Below, piece after piece: positions 1 to 10,898 of a stretch of DNA of 64,000 nucleotides. Below the pieces are notes generated by a model. That model ran no database searches. It saw only the letters and a list, made by a program, of their open reading frames with translations, and had not been told where the DNA came from. The translations under genes were made by a program, and so were the position numbers. The DNA is from Zootoca vivipara (Eukaryota): positions 33,852,001 through 33,916,000 of the forward strand of contig NC_083290.1 of the NCBI RefSeq assembly GCF_963506605.1, given 5' to 3'. The stretch's first letter is position 1, and every line of letters begins with the position of its first letter.

Positions 1-716
1 CATGCCTCCTTCTTCCCCCAGCCAGGCTACAAGCCCTCTGGCAAAGACTGTCCTGCAGTGTCCTTTGAAAGGTGAAATACTGTAGATTGCAATCATCAGA
101 GGCTCTTCAAGCAAACTGCTCTGGTCTTGTCCCATCACCTGGGAGGCATGAGCTTTAATGGAGAGATGCAGGGAATGTCTCTGGCCCCTGGTGTGAAAAG
201 ATCACACCCAAGCCCTTGGTGATGCTGTTACTCAAAAATGCATCGTGCAAACACCTTGGCTTCTCTCATTTAGCTACATATACATACCCTCCTCCACCAT
301 TTCACAGGTGAAAGCAGGGACGTGCTTATAATGCCCCAGCTACATAACAGGGATCATTACCTTAGTCTTTCCCGCTGTGACACATTGCTGAAGGCTCTAC
401 TTTGCCTTCATCTTAATGCCATATTCATTATTCTGCGGTCGCCCATTCCCCATTGCTTTCAAAGTCAAGAGGGTGATGGTTCCTTTGGATAAATTTATAG
501 TAGGAAAGAACAGAATTGCTCTCCAATAGGTTATTATCATGTCAAAACACACCTCAATGGCTCCGGCGTGCAAAACAGTGGCCCATGCGCTACATGGTGT
601 CGTAAGGTTCAATGCATTTGTGTTCGCAATAAAATGGTGCAAACTAGATTTGATGCAGCTGGCAACTGTATGCATGGTTATCTGGATTGGGACCTTGGTG
701 ATGCAGGGGTAGGAGG

Positions 717-1163
717 CATAGCTGCCAAGTACCCCATTTCCCCCGGGAAACCCCCGTTTTTACTTACCTTTTCCCGGTGGTCCCCTGTATCACTTCGTCT
801 CCTGTTTTTCTCCGTTATTATCTCCTGCCGGCGGCCATTTTTTTCTTTCTGATTTGCCCTTCTATGGGCGCCAGAAATGGCCGCCGCCGGCTTCAAAAGT
901 CGCATCTACGCATGTCCAGAAGTGCATAGACGCGACTTCCGGTGTCGGCGGCGGCCATTTTTGGTGCCCATAGATGGACAGAGCGACACCGGAAGTTGCG
1001 TTGATGCACTTCCTGACATGCATAGAAGTGACTTTCGAAGCCGGCGGCGGCCATTTTTGGTGCCCATAGAAGGGCAAACCAACACCGGAAGTTACGTCGA
1101 CGCAACTTCCGGTGTCACATGGCTGCCGCCCCGGATTCTGCAGTCCGGGACTTGGAAGGAAAG
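717..1163 (+). mobile_element. Non-autonomous hAT-like element (CATAGCTGCCAAG family), copy 1
   Basis: Starts CATAGCTGCCAAG, ends with decayed CTTGGAAGGAAAG; perfect 8-bp TSD GTAGGAGG (709-716/1164-1171); homologous to 3434-3880 and 59134-59452. Confidence 0.8.
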
Positions 1164-1727
1164 GTAGGAGGGTTTTAACTCTTTGCCCCCCGCCCCCGCC
1201 CCCCCCACTGCAGACCTGACTCAGTTTGGCAAGGCCTAGCCTTGTTTTTTTGCATTGTATCCTCCCCCCATGGCAAATAGCAGGGCCAACCCCCCCCCTG
1301 ATCTAGGCGGTGCCATAGTGTGCAGGAATGTTTAAAGCCCTCTGCTCCCCATATCGGGGATCTTATCTGGAATGGGGCAGCTATGCCAACGTTTTCCTAT
1401 TTTAAAGGCATTCAGGCAATTGTTAATTACATGTGCAGCATCACATTGATCTGGGCCCCAATTTCTAAAGGTCCAAGGGAGAGAGCTCAGCTCTGAGCAA
1501 CTCACAATAAAAATTATAGCACAAGGCCATTCTGAAAAGGCTGAAATAGAAACCAAATACTACAGTTCGGAGCCATTTTAGTTAGCTTTAGCAACACAGA
1601 ACCATGCATCTAACTCAGGCTGCATCTACACAGCTATTTTAAAAACGCTCTGAAAATGTTCTGAAAAAAACTGTTTTTAAAGCTCACAATGGAAAATTTC
1701 ACAGAGTTCCAATTTCAGCTCTACAGT

Positions 1728-2113
1728 TAAAAGGTGACAGTAAAGGACCCTTGGATGGTTAAGTCCAGTCAAATATGACTATTGGGTTGCAGCGCTCATC
1801 TCTCTTTCAGGCTGAGGGAGCCAGCATTTGTCCACAGACAGCTTTCCGGGTCAGGTGGCCAGCATGACTAAACCACTTCTGGCGCAATGGAACACTGTGA
1901 TGGAAGCCAGAGTGCACAGAAACGCCGTTTACCTTTCCACTGCAGTGGCACCTATTTATCTACTTGCACTGTCGTGCTTTCGAACTGTCAGGTTGGCAGA
2001 AGCTGGGACAGAGCAACAGGAGATTACCCCATCGCATGGATTCAAACCGCCAACCTTCTGATTGGCAAGCCCAAGAGGTTCAGTGGTTTAGACCACAGCG
2101 CCACCCGTGTCCC
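1728..2113 (-). mobile_element. Sauria SINE, full length
   Basis: Minus strand begins GGGACACGGGTGGCGCTGTGG, contains GCAAGTAGATAAATAGGT core, ACCTTT-type tail; approximate TSD AGCTCTACAGT/AGCACTACAGT. Confidence 0.9.
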
Positions 2114-3282
2114 TAGCACTACAGTGCCACCTGGTGTCACAGCGTTATAACACATTTATAATGTTTTATTTTTACTAATGTAGCTGAGTCCTCAGCAATG
2201 TTCATACTGACTGGCTGAGGCTCTCCAGGGTTTCAGACCCAGCTTAGAGATGCTGGGGGTGGAACCTGGGACCTTCTACAAGCACAGCAGATGCTCTCCC
2301 ACTGAGCTAAAACCTCAGCAATGTAACATGTAGCACACACCAGCCAGTCACTTATTTCAAACCAGCAAATCTTAAAACCTTGCAGCAGCATTTCTTCTAA
2401 CATGATGGTGTACAGATTCAGGATGAGATTTTGCTAAATCCCAAATAGATGTTAAGCTACTTTATGAGTTACTTTGATGTTAGCAAATTTGTTTGTTTGT
2501 TTGTTTGTTTATTTATTTATTAAAAATGGTAGGCCAATGTTTGCCCATCTTCAATGTACGTGGGAGATTATTTCCCCCTCACAGTCCATGACTGTGGGCA
2601 GCTAAATAAATAGCGAGGGAGATAGTAAACTTGATTATTACCACAGTAACAGAAGAATGACTTATATAGGATCTTACAAATATGGCATCAGTTAGAACCA
2701 AGCTGGTGTCAGTGCTATCCTTAAAGAGAACCCACCTAACTAAATATATTGTCCAGCCCACATTTGATAGCATAGATGTGATTTACTACAGGGCCTTTTA
2801 AAAAAAGACAATCTAGAACTGCCTAATGGTATGTGATGATAATTTGTGCAAACATTGTATGTGGCTACAACACACACCTGCATTTTCCTTGTGGGTAAAT
2901 ATGTTCCTTTTTGCTTGTAGTTGCATTCCGTGACATTTAGAAGCCTATAAAGAGTGGGAGAAAGCCCTCAGAACTTGGAATTCGACAGCACTGATGTAGA
3001 AAAGTACCATATTTGCTTCTGATTAGAAACACTGGCTCTGTGGCGAGTACCACTGAGACAGCCAGGAGTGTCTTTGGCAAAGGGGGGGGGAGTTGGGTGG
3101 CACCTGGTTCACTTTTCACATTGTTATCAGTCCCTTTTACTATCACCTAACATCTGTCATGGCTGGTGCCCAATGTTGCTGGGAAGACAGAAAGGAGGGA
3201 GCCCAAACAATGGGTGGAGCCAGAGCCAATGACAGGCAAAGCCAAGTAATGCTACTTTTGCCCAGTGGCCTAACATGGGTTA

Positions 3283-3967
3283 CAGAGCTGTCTTAAGCGC
3301 CCCTGGCGCTGTGGTGCGCCGAATCCCTCCGACGCCCTCCTGCCCCGTTTTCCAGCGCTGTGGGCAGGTGGGCCCACAGCGCGGTTGCCATGAGCGCAGC
3401 TGCGCGGTGGACCGGCCAGGCAGTGGGGGTGGGCATAGCTGCCAAGTATCCCGTTTCCGCCGGGAAAACCCCTTTTTTCCTACTGTTTCCCAGCGGTCTC
3501 CCGTTTAGTTTTTAATCCCGATATTCTCCCTTAAATCGACTTCTGCCGGCGGCCATTTTTCTGGTGCCACTTTGCCCTTCTATGTGCACCAGAAAATGGC
3601 GGCGCCGGCGCCGGAAGTCGCTTCCGCGCATGACCGGAAACGCGTAAAAGTGACTTCCGGTGGCGCTTTGCCCTTCTATGGGCATCAGAAATGATGGCGG
3701 CGGTGCCGGAAGTCGCTTTTACGTGTTTCCGGTCATGCGTGGAAGCGACTTCCGGCACTGGCGCCGCCATTTTCTGGTGCCCATAGAAGGGCAAAGTGCC
3801 ACCGGAAGTTGCGTTCACGCAACTTCCGGTGTCGCGCGCTGCCGATCCCGGATCTTTCCGTCCAGGACTTGGCAGGTATGGGGGGGGGCGCAGCTTGCGG
3901 CGCCCTCCTGGCGGGCTGGCGCCGTGGTGCCCTGCGCCCCCCCAGCCTGAACGTAGGGCCGGCCCTG
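3283..3967 (+). mobile_element. GC-rich hAT-like element (CAGGGCCG family), middle layer
   Basis: Ends CAGAGCTG...CGGCCCTG; perfect TSD ATGGGTTA (3275-3282/3968-3975); homologous to 49814-50095. Confidence 0.8.
3434..3880 (+). mobile_element. hAT-like element (CATAGCTGCCAAG family), copy 2, innermost layer
   Basis: TIR CATAGCTGCCAAG...CTTGGCAGGTATG; TSD GGGGTGGG/GGGGGGGG. Confidence 0.8.
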
Positions 3968-4555
3968 ATGGGTTACCAGTGCCCAGAGCCGTGGCGGGGG
4001 GGGGGAGGAAAACAGATGGAATAAGCATGCACGTTCAACTGTCTAATGGCATCCACATCACCTGGGAGACCACAGCTGCAGAGATAAGAAAAGAAGAGTT
4101 GTTCCATTGTCTGGAGAGGTCACTTCCTGGCTTGCATAAAGAAGCCATTTTCAATGAACCCAGCAATAGAAACACACAGCTGTATTGAGGCAACTCCGGG
4201 TGTTGAAATCTTGCGCCCCTAACAATTTTGCACCCCTGGCAACTGCCCCTATGCCTCCCTACACTACGCCACTGCTTTTGCCCCACCCTCCTCCCTACTG
4301 AGTTCTGTAGGGGCAACTCTGGGACAATGGAGGGGAAGCTGACAGGCAGTGCCATCATCTGGACTGCCTAGGAGTAGTTAGGTGGGTACGAGTTGGCTGA
4401 AAGCAGACTGAGACTGATGGGTCATTGTCCTATTTGGCCTAATGAATCAGCCTCCAATATCGCACAGCATATGGCTTTTGCATGACTTGAATTTTGGAAC
4501 TGCCCAAATGTTCTTTCTTAGCTTCCCGTTTCCCCCCTGTAACTGCCCTGTCTGG

Positions 4556-4603
4556 CTCCTCCTCCTCCTCCTCCTCCTCCTCCTCCTCCTCCTCCTCCTC
4601 CTC
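4556..4603. repeat. (CCT)n microsatellite
   Basis: Direct read. Confidence 0.95.
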
Positions 4604-4984
4604 TTCTTCAACTTCATTTACTAGAGACCGATACCAGAAGACAGGGCCTGTCCTTGATGAAGAGGGAGAATCGGATCATAGCCACCCATCTTGCCCTTTA
4701 GCCCGAACTGCTGCTACAGTAATACAGTTCTGAAGAAGATGGGATATCTATCAGGTGTCACCAGGGCGGGAGTTTGGGGCAGACACTAGAGCCCCTCTCA
4801 AAGAATGAGCAGGAAGGCCCAAAACTGTACACCAAAGTTTGAAGAAAGGCAAAGTAATACACATTTCCATTTAAAAGTGCCCACTCCCAAATAATTCCAG
4901 ATTCTGTTGTATCAACTGCCTGGGTACTGAAGCTCAACAGAAGATGCTCTCCTGGTAGCTCCTGTGTTAAATGAAGTGTGTAAT

Positions 4985-5243
4985 GTGGGGGGGGGGGTCT
5001 TTGGAAGAGCCTTTTCAGTGGTGGCTCCATGCCTGCAGAATGACATTCCCACTGCCCCCAAGTCTGTATTTTTTCAGACAATGTTATTTTTTATTATTAT
5101 AAAAAGACCCTACTTTTTTCACTGGGCTTTTATTGAGCGGATCAGTAAAGCCATTTTTATGCTGTTTTTAATGATGCTAGATATATAATTTATAAGAAGT
5201 ATTTTTAAGTGTTTGTTTTGTATTGTTTTTCTGTTATCTTGGG

Positions 5244-5302
<59 letters not shown>

Positions 5303-5365
5303 CCACCCTTTCACTGTTTCCTGATGAAGGGCAGTACAGAAATCCTTAATGAAATAAATAAGCAA
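4985..5365 (+). mobile_element. Degraded L2 LINE 3' end with embedded (TG)n (about 5248-5299)
   Basis: GAGCCTTTTCAGTGGTGGCTCC...AATG motif shared with other L2 tails in the window; A-rich end. Confidence 0.55.
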
Positions 5366-6219
5366 TGCTACCTCTTGCCTTGCAAACTACCTCTTGCCTC
5401 AGTCTTTGCCCATCTGGTCCCAAGTTGGCTGGGGCTGATGGCAGATGTGGTCCAAAACATCTGGGAAGCACCAGGTTACAAGGCCTCCTTTTCACTAAAT
5501 GCATAGCATGCAACTATGTCTGCAGGCTGCTGTTTTTTTTTAAATTATAGATGGGGGTGGGGGTGGGGGGGTTGTGGTAAGGACCACAGTGCACAAGGAA
5601 GGGAACTTTATTCCTTCCCTCTCCAGCAATTGGGACATGTTTCTGTGAGGCTTAGCAGACAAAATTACCATCGATGCCAAGGGCAACTTTTTTTAAAAAA
5701 AAGTTTCATAGCTGGCGTGGGCTGGGGGTTTAATTCAGATTGTGGCTGGGGAATTGGGGGGTGGATTAAAGCTCCCCTCCTTGCATTCTGCACACTGTGC
5801 ACTTAGCACAATGTAAGCCGACCCTAAAATTACCCAACTGCACCACTGGAGAAATGGAGATTCTAGGACTGCACCAGCTGGAGTCTTGTGTGTGCCTGTG
5901 TAATGCACAAACATGCCTGTTTGCGTGCGCTCTCTCTCTCTCTCTCTGCCCTGTTTTGAGGATTAGGCTGCTGTTGTGCCATTACTTTGATTTAGCATGT
6001 ATTTAAAGGTCGCCAGGTGATGTAGTGAAACGGCTCGCGATTCAACAGCACTGACATCGGCTCTGTTTGACCTTGCTGCTGCAGTTAATTAACTTGTGTT
6101 GAGATAAAGCTGGCTGTGACTCCTTCCAGCAAAGGCAGACTTTTATTTCTCCAGTCTATTGTCAGCGGAGAGGGAAGTGGAGACTTAGCTGAAGCCTTCA
6201 CATCTCTTTGTAGGCTATA

Positions 6220-7776
6220 CAGTGGAACCTCGGTTTACGAACACCTCGGTTTACGAATTTTCGGTTTACGAACCATCATAAACCGGAAGTGTAAACCGAG
6301 GTTTCCAAGGCCTGGGCCACAGCTGCGGAGGTGCTCTGATGCCTTCGCGAGCACAGAGCGATGCAAGCGCGCACAGAGGGTGCCGTCTGCTTTCCCCTCC
6401 TGCTCCCGACGCCGCTCCCCGACTCACCTCCGCCACCACCGAGCCAGGCTGCCCGCCCTGCTTGGAGTTGATCCGGCGTGCCTGGCTGCCGCCTCCTTCC
6501 CCGACCCTGGCGCTCGCCTCCTACATGCCCGCCTTGCTCCTTTTAACTGCCGGGCTTATTTATTGGGGGGGCATTCATACCTCGGGGCCGCGCAGAAGCT
6601 TAAAGCGGCGTCCGTGAAGCTTTCGCCAACCCCTGACCCAAAGCAGCTCCCGCCGGCAGAGGCTGTGGCCTTCGAAGGAAGCGCTTTCTTCTTCAGGGCG
6701 CTGCGGTTCGTTTAAAAGTGCTGCCGGGAACTGCACCTCCGCGAGGGGATAAAGCGCAGAGCCAGGGATTCTTTCGAGGGAGAAACGAAACGGCAGAGGC
6801 TGTAGGAATCCGGCTCATTTCGATCCTCTCAGGGAAACTTCCATGTGCTTTATCCCCTCGCGGAGGTGCAGTTACCGGCAGCCCTTTTAAACGAACCGCA
6901 GCGCCCTGAGGAAGAAAGCTGAGGATGAGCTGCCATTGCCGGGCTACTGCATGCCCAGCAGGGCCAGGATCTCGCGACGCTGTTGCCCACTGAGGCGTCA
7001 CTGCTGGGGTGGCTGCTGCTGCAGGCAAGAGGCAGCCTGCTGCCGGTCAGGGCGGGTCATGTCCGGGGCTGAGGTCTTCCCGGCAGCCCCTGCGAGCAGG
7101 GCCAGGATCTCGCGCCGCTCTCGCCCGCTGCGGCGTCGGCTGCTGCTGCTGCTAGCAGCAAGAGGCAGCCTGCTGCCGGGCTGCTGCCGGTCAGGGCAGG
7201 TAATGTCTGGGGCTGAGGTCTTCCCGGCAGGGCCAGGATCTCGCACCGCTCTCACCCGCTGAGGCGTTGCTGGTGGGGCGGCGGCTGCTGCTGTGGACAG
7301 GAGGTGGTGGCGTGGTTTGACGCCCGGCGGGCCCAGGGCTCTCCCACCAGCAGCAGCATGAGGAAGAGCAAGGGGATTGGGGCTGGCAGGAGCCGCATCC
7401 TGGCGCCCAGCTCGGCAGTGGTGGCAGCAGCAGCCCGGCCAGGACGCAGGCTGATCGGGCGCGCCGCGGCCGGCGGGGCGGCCCTTTAAGCGGCTCGAGG
7501 CGGGCTAGGCAGCCGCTCGCTTCCTCCAGCCCTGCCCTCCGCCGAGCGACGGTGAGGGGCCCTGAGCACGTGCAGAGTGCCTCCCCTCTGCCAGGAGCGT
7601 AAAAGACAGTAAAATTTGTGTTGCCTTAGCCCCCTAAGGCATCGTTTTTCCTCGTCTGGAACGGATTAATCCACTTCCCATTACTTTCAATGGGAAAGTT
7701 TGCTTCGGTTTATGAACACTTCGGTTTATGAACAGACTTCCGGAACCAATTGTGTTCATAAACCGAGGTACCACTG
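6220..7776. mobile_element. Tc1/mariner (pogo/Tigger-type) non-autonomous element with ~1.3 kb GC-rich captured cargo
   Basis: TIR CAGTGGAACCTCGGTTTA...TAAACCGAGGTACCACTG, TA on both sides; ends match the 241-bp element at 40350-40590. Confidence 0.85.
6950..7398 (-). pseudogene. Captured BMP8-like (BMP5/6/7/8 group) exon-1 fragment, partly triplicated
   Basis: From ATG at 7398: MRLLPAPIPLLFLMLLLVGEPWARRASNHATTSCPQQQPPPHQQRLSG*ERCEILALPGRPQP; copy 2 RRSGRERREILALL/GLPGRPQPRT*PALTGSRLP; resembles recalled BMP8 [31 protein letters not shown]..SRLP; stops fall at CGA>TGA-type positions. Confidence 0.7.
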
Positions 7777-8063
7777 TATTGTGATGCTTTGGTGGGTAAT
7801 TACCGAGGGTAATTATCATCCAGGGCCAGCTCCAGGTCTGAGGTGGAGCCCTTCTGAGGGGAGGGTGCTATCATGCCTTACCTGTTGAGTAGGGCAGGGG
7901 TTCCCAACAAAATTTTCTCGAGGACCCCTCATTGAGCCGCTATTGTGACAAGGACCCCCATTAATTCCGGCCATGACAGCAGATTTTTGCCCTGCTTCAG
8001 GGCGGCAGCGCCCGTTGGCGAGCTTGGCTTTCGCGCGCTTTTTCTCCCCTCACGAGGCGGAGC

Positions 8064-8634
8064 CAGGGGCGTACCCAGGATCAAAACTGGGGGGGCAGGG
8101 GGGGCAATGCACAGTAGGGGAGGGGCCACATGTATCCAAATTTTGCAGTGATCCTCCAAAACAAAGGAGAATGCAAGTAATAGGGAAACATGTGCTTCAT
8201 AATGAATATATTGGTGAAAATAACATACAAAATGCAGAAATTACTTGCAAAAATGTAATGTCACACAAGAAGCTTTAGAAGAAATGTGCATTGAAAGGCT
8301 GCAGTTTTTTTGAGGGTTTTTTTAAAGGAAAAATTTGCAAATTGCTAAAGAAACAACCAAATTTAAGATTGGAAAAATCAGGAAATGGAGAGAAATGAAA
8401 TGGACAGGTACTCACAATACTGCATCACTGTGTTCAGAGATGTTACTGACTGACAAGCCTAGGAAAGCTTGCAGTGGGAGTGAATTTCAGAAAACACAGA
8501 AAACACATCCCAAACTTTCAGTGCATAAAAATTGAGAATGTCAGCAAAAGGGAATCTAAGCAAGTGTCATTTTCATGTGTGCCATTTTTTGCATAGTCAG
8601 TTGCTGCTGTTTAACGTGGTGAGCAAAAACAAAC

Positions 8635-8676
<42 letters not shown>

Positions 8677-9251
8677 GCTCTGCTCCCTTGCATTGACATG
8701 GGGGGGGGGAGGTTTGCTCACTAAATTCCTGCACAAAATTACCTAAAAACATGCCAAAGTGTCATCTAAAAGCATGCCACGGGCACGTAGGAAAATGAGA
8801 GGAAGCTGCGACTGGGGACTTCTTTCCGGGCAAGGGCGGAAAGAACGAGCCCCACATAGCAGTAGCAGCAGCAGCTCTTCCCTTTGGCTTGCTGGGCTGC
8901 TGTTGTTGCCCCTCCGGCCAGCCTGCCCCGCGCCCTCCAGCCTGCCCCGCGCCAAGGAAGAAGCCGGCCAAGAGCAGCGCTGCCTGCGGGGCTGGTGGGC
9001 GGAGGTGGAGCACAGCCCAGCGGAGCAGAGCGCGAGTTCGGCGTTCCCGCAACGCCACGCTCTCTGGTTCCCCGCCGCGCTTGGCCTTGCCGGAGGGCGC
9101 GACGGGGAGCTGGAGGGAGGACGCGGCGCGGCGGGCGGGAACGGTGAACTTGCGCTCCGCTGGGCTGTGCTCCGCCTCCGGCTCTGCCCACCAGCCCTGC
9201 TTCTAGGGAGGGGCAACTGCCCACCCCTTCCCCGCGCTGGGTACGCCCATG
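8064..9251. mobile_element. Nested hAT-like element carrying mixed genomic cargo
   Basis: TIR CAGGGGCGTACCCAG...CTGGGTACGCCCATG; perfect TSD GGCGGAGC (8056-8063/9252-9259). Confidence 0.85.
8635..8675. repeat. (TAT)n microsatellite
   Basis: Direct read. Confidence 0.95.
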
Positions 9252-10898
9252 GGCGGAGCAAAGAGAAGCTGAATGAGGCGGAGGGAAGAGCCTTTCCGCC
9301 TCCGCCTCATTCAGCTTCTCTTTGCTCCGCCTCGTGAGGGGAGGAAAAAGCGAGCGAAAGCCAAGCTCGCCAACGGGCGCTGCCGCCCTGAAGCAGGGCA
9401 AAAACCTGCTATCCTCTTGTAAAAAGCCGCGGGGAGCACTGGGCGGCGGGTGGCGGGCAGGCTGGCCAGCGCCCCTCCATTCTGGCTCCGCCAAGTTGCG
9501 GGCCCCTCTGGCATAGCTCGCGGACCCCTGGGGGTCCGCGGACCACCTGTTGGGAAACACTGGAGTAGGGAAACAGTGGCTGTACTCTGGTGAACACTCA
9601 GACACTTGGAGACTCCATTTAAATTTCCCAGAGTGCCCCTGATGTAGTATCACTCTAGGACTGCGTTGGGAACCTAAAACGACATTTCTAGCATGCCTGA
9701 AACTTATTGGAGCACTGCAAACGTCTAGCTCAGGTATGGCTGCCATGCACTCTGCTTTACAGAGCACATCCGTGTATTTTTGGCAGGGCTGGGTGGTGGG
9801 TGGACTTCCAGCCCATGGACCTAATCTGGCCTGCCAGGCTTCCTTATCTGGCTTATCATAGCATTTTGGGCAAGCCTACTCCTAACATCACACATATGTG
9901 TTGCATATGCATTCTAACACTGTGACACCAGAGGGTGCTGTGGAGTTCCGTTTTTGCCAACCCAATTTCTCCTACAAAGTTTACAATGCGTTGAACTGAA
10001 ATGCCTTTTTGATATGTCTAGATCCAGCCATCTTCTTTAAAACCACACCAGCAGTTTTTTGGGGGGGTTTTTTTAGGAAGAGCTGGGACTGCCCAACAAC
10101 TTGTTGCTCATGAGGCTACTCCTCCAATATGGACCCCCTTTTTCAGTTCTTGCAGAAACCCCTTGGATTACTTGGCTGTTGGGCACCAGTAGTTCTTCAG
10201 TCTATGTGCCAGAGGGCGATCTCTCATCAGCTTTTGCTTACTGGGGCCTTAATTATTCCATCCTGGTGTCTTCCCTCCTCCTCCTCCTCCTTTTTGGATA
10301 TGGTGAAATGCAGTTAACAGTTCTCTATGGCACTAAGAACCTGGTGATGAAGGGTCCTTGATTATAGCCAGCCAGCTCTTTTGGCCTCAGACACTTGACT
10401 GGAAATAGCTGCCGTGTTCATTCTTTCATAGCCTTCTCTGTAGAGGATATTCAAAGGCTGGGCTCCAAGTCTATGATATCCTGGAGAACTAGGGAAAGCA
10501 AATGTGTTAGAAAAGAATGTGGCTCAAAGGCCAACTGGCTACAGCTCAGTCGGAAAAGATGTTTAAAGCTGTGGCCCAAAGACCATGAACCCGAGAGAGA
10601 GGAACCACAGAAGCTTATTCTTTTAGATGTTGCCAAGGGCTGCATCTTATTCTGTATGTAGATCCAATGGTATAAAGTAAGCTAACAATAGCATTTGTAC
10701 CTGGCTAACCATTGTGGCAAATCATCTGAACAAATGGTGGGATAGCCTTAACTATGTTTTTTTCTCACAGCAACCTTCTGGGCTAGACCATCATTATTTC
10801 CGTTTTTCAGAAGGGACTGCTGAAGCTGAGACATAATGGCCCAGTGTGGACATCATGCTAACCCATAGTTTACTGCTTTAAGATTAAGCCTTGGTGAG

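Larger units (their letters stand above)
3263..4274. mobile_element. hAT-like element, outer layer of nested cluster
   Basis: TIR CAGTGGCCTA...TACGCCACTG; perfect 8-bp TSD CTTTTGCC (3255-3262/4275-4282). Confidence 0.75.
7895..9562. mobile_element. hAT-like element with long internal palindrome, interrupted by a nested element
   Basis: TIR CAGGGGTTCCCAAC...GTTGGGAAACACTG; perfect TSD GAGTAGGG (7887-7894/9563-9570). Confidence 0.85.

Noticed and set aside
6950-7398. A functional BMP8 gene
   Set aside because: In-frame stops, deletions, a frameshift, tandem triplication, enclosure by TIRs and no further BMP exons or cysteine-knot domain seen in the window.
8743-9767. Overlapping long ORFs (172-333 aa) on both strands
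   Set aside because: They cross transposon boundaries in GC-rich palindromic DNA where stop codons are scarce; no transposase motifs.
10440-10660. Possible internal exon after TCTCTGTAG
   Set aside because: No recognisable protein similarity and no convincing donor site.
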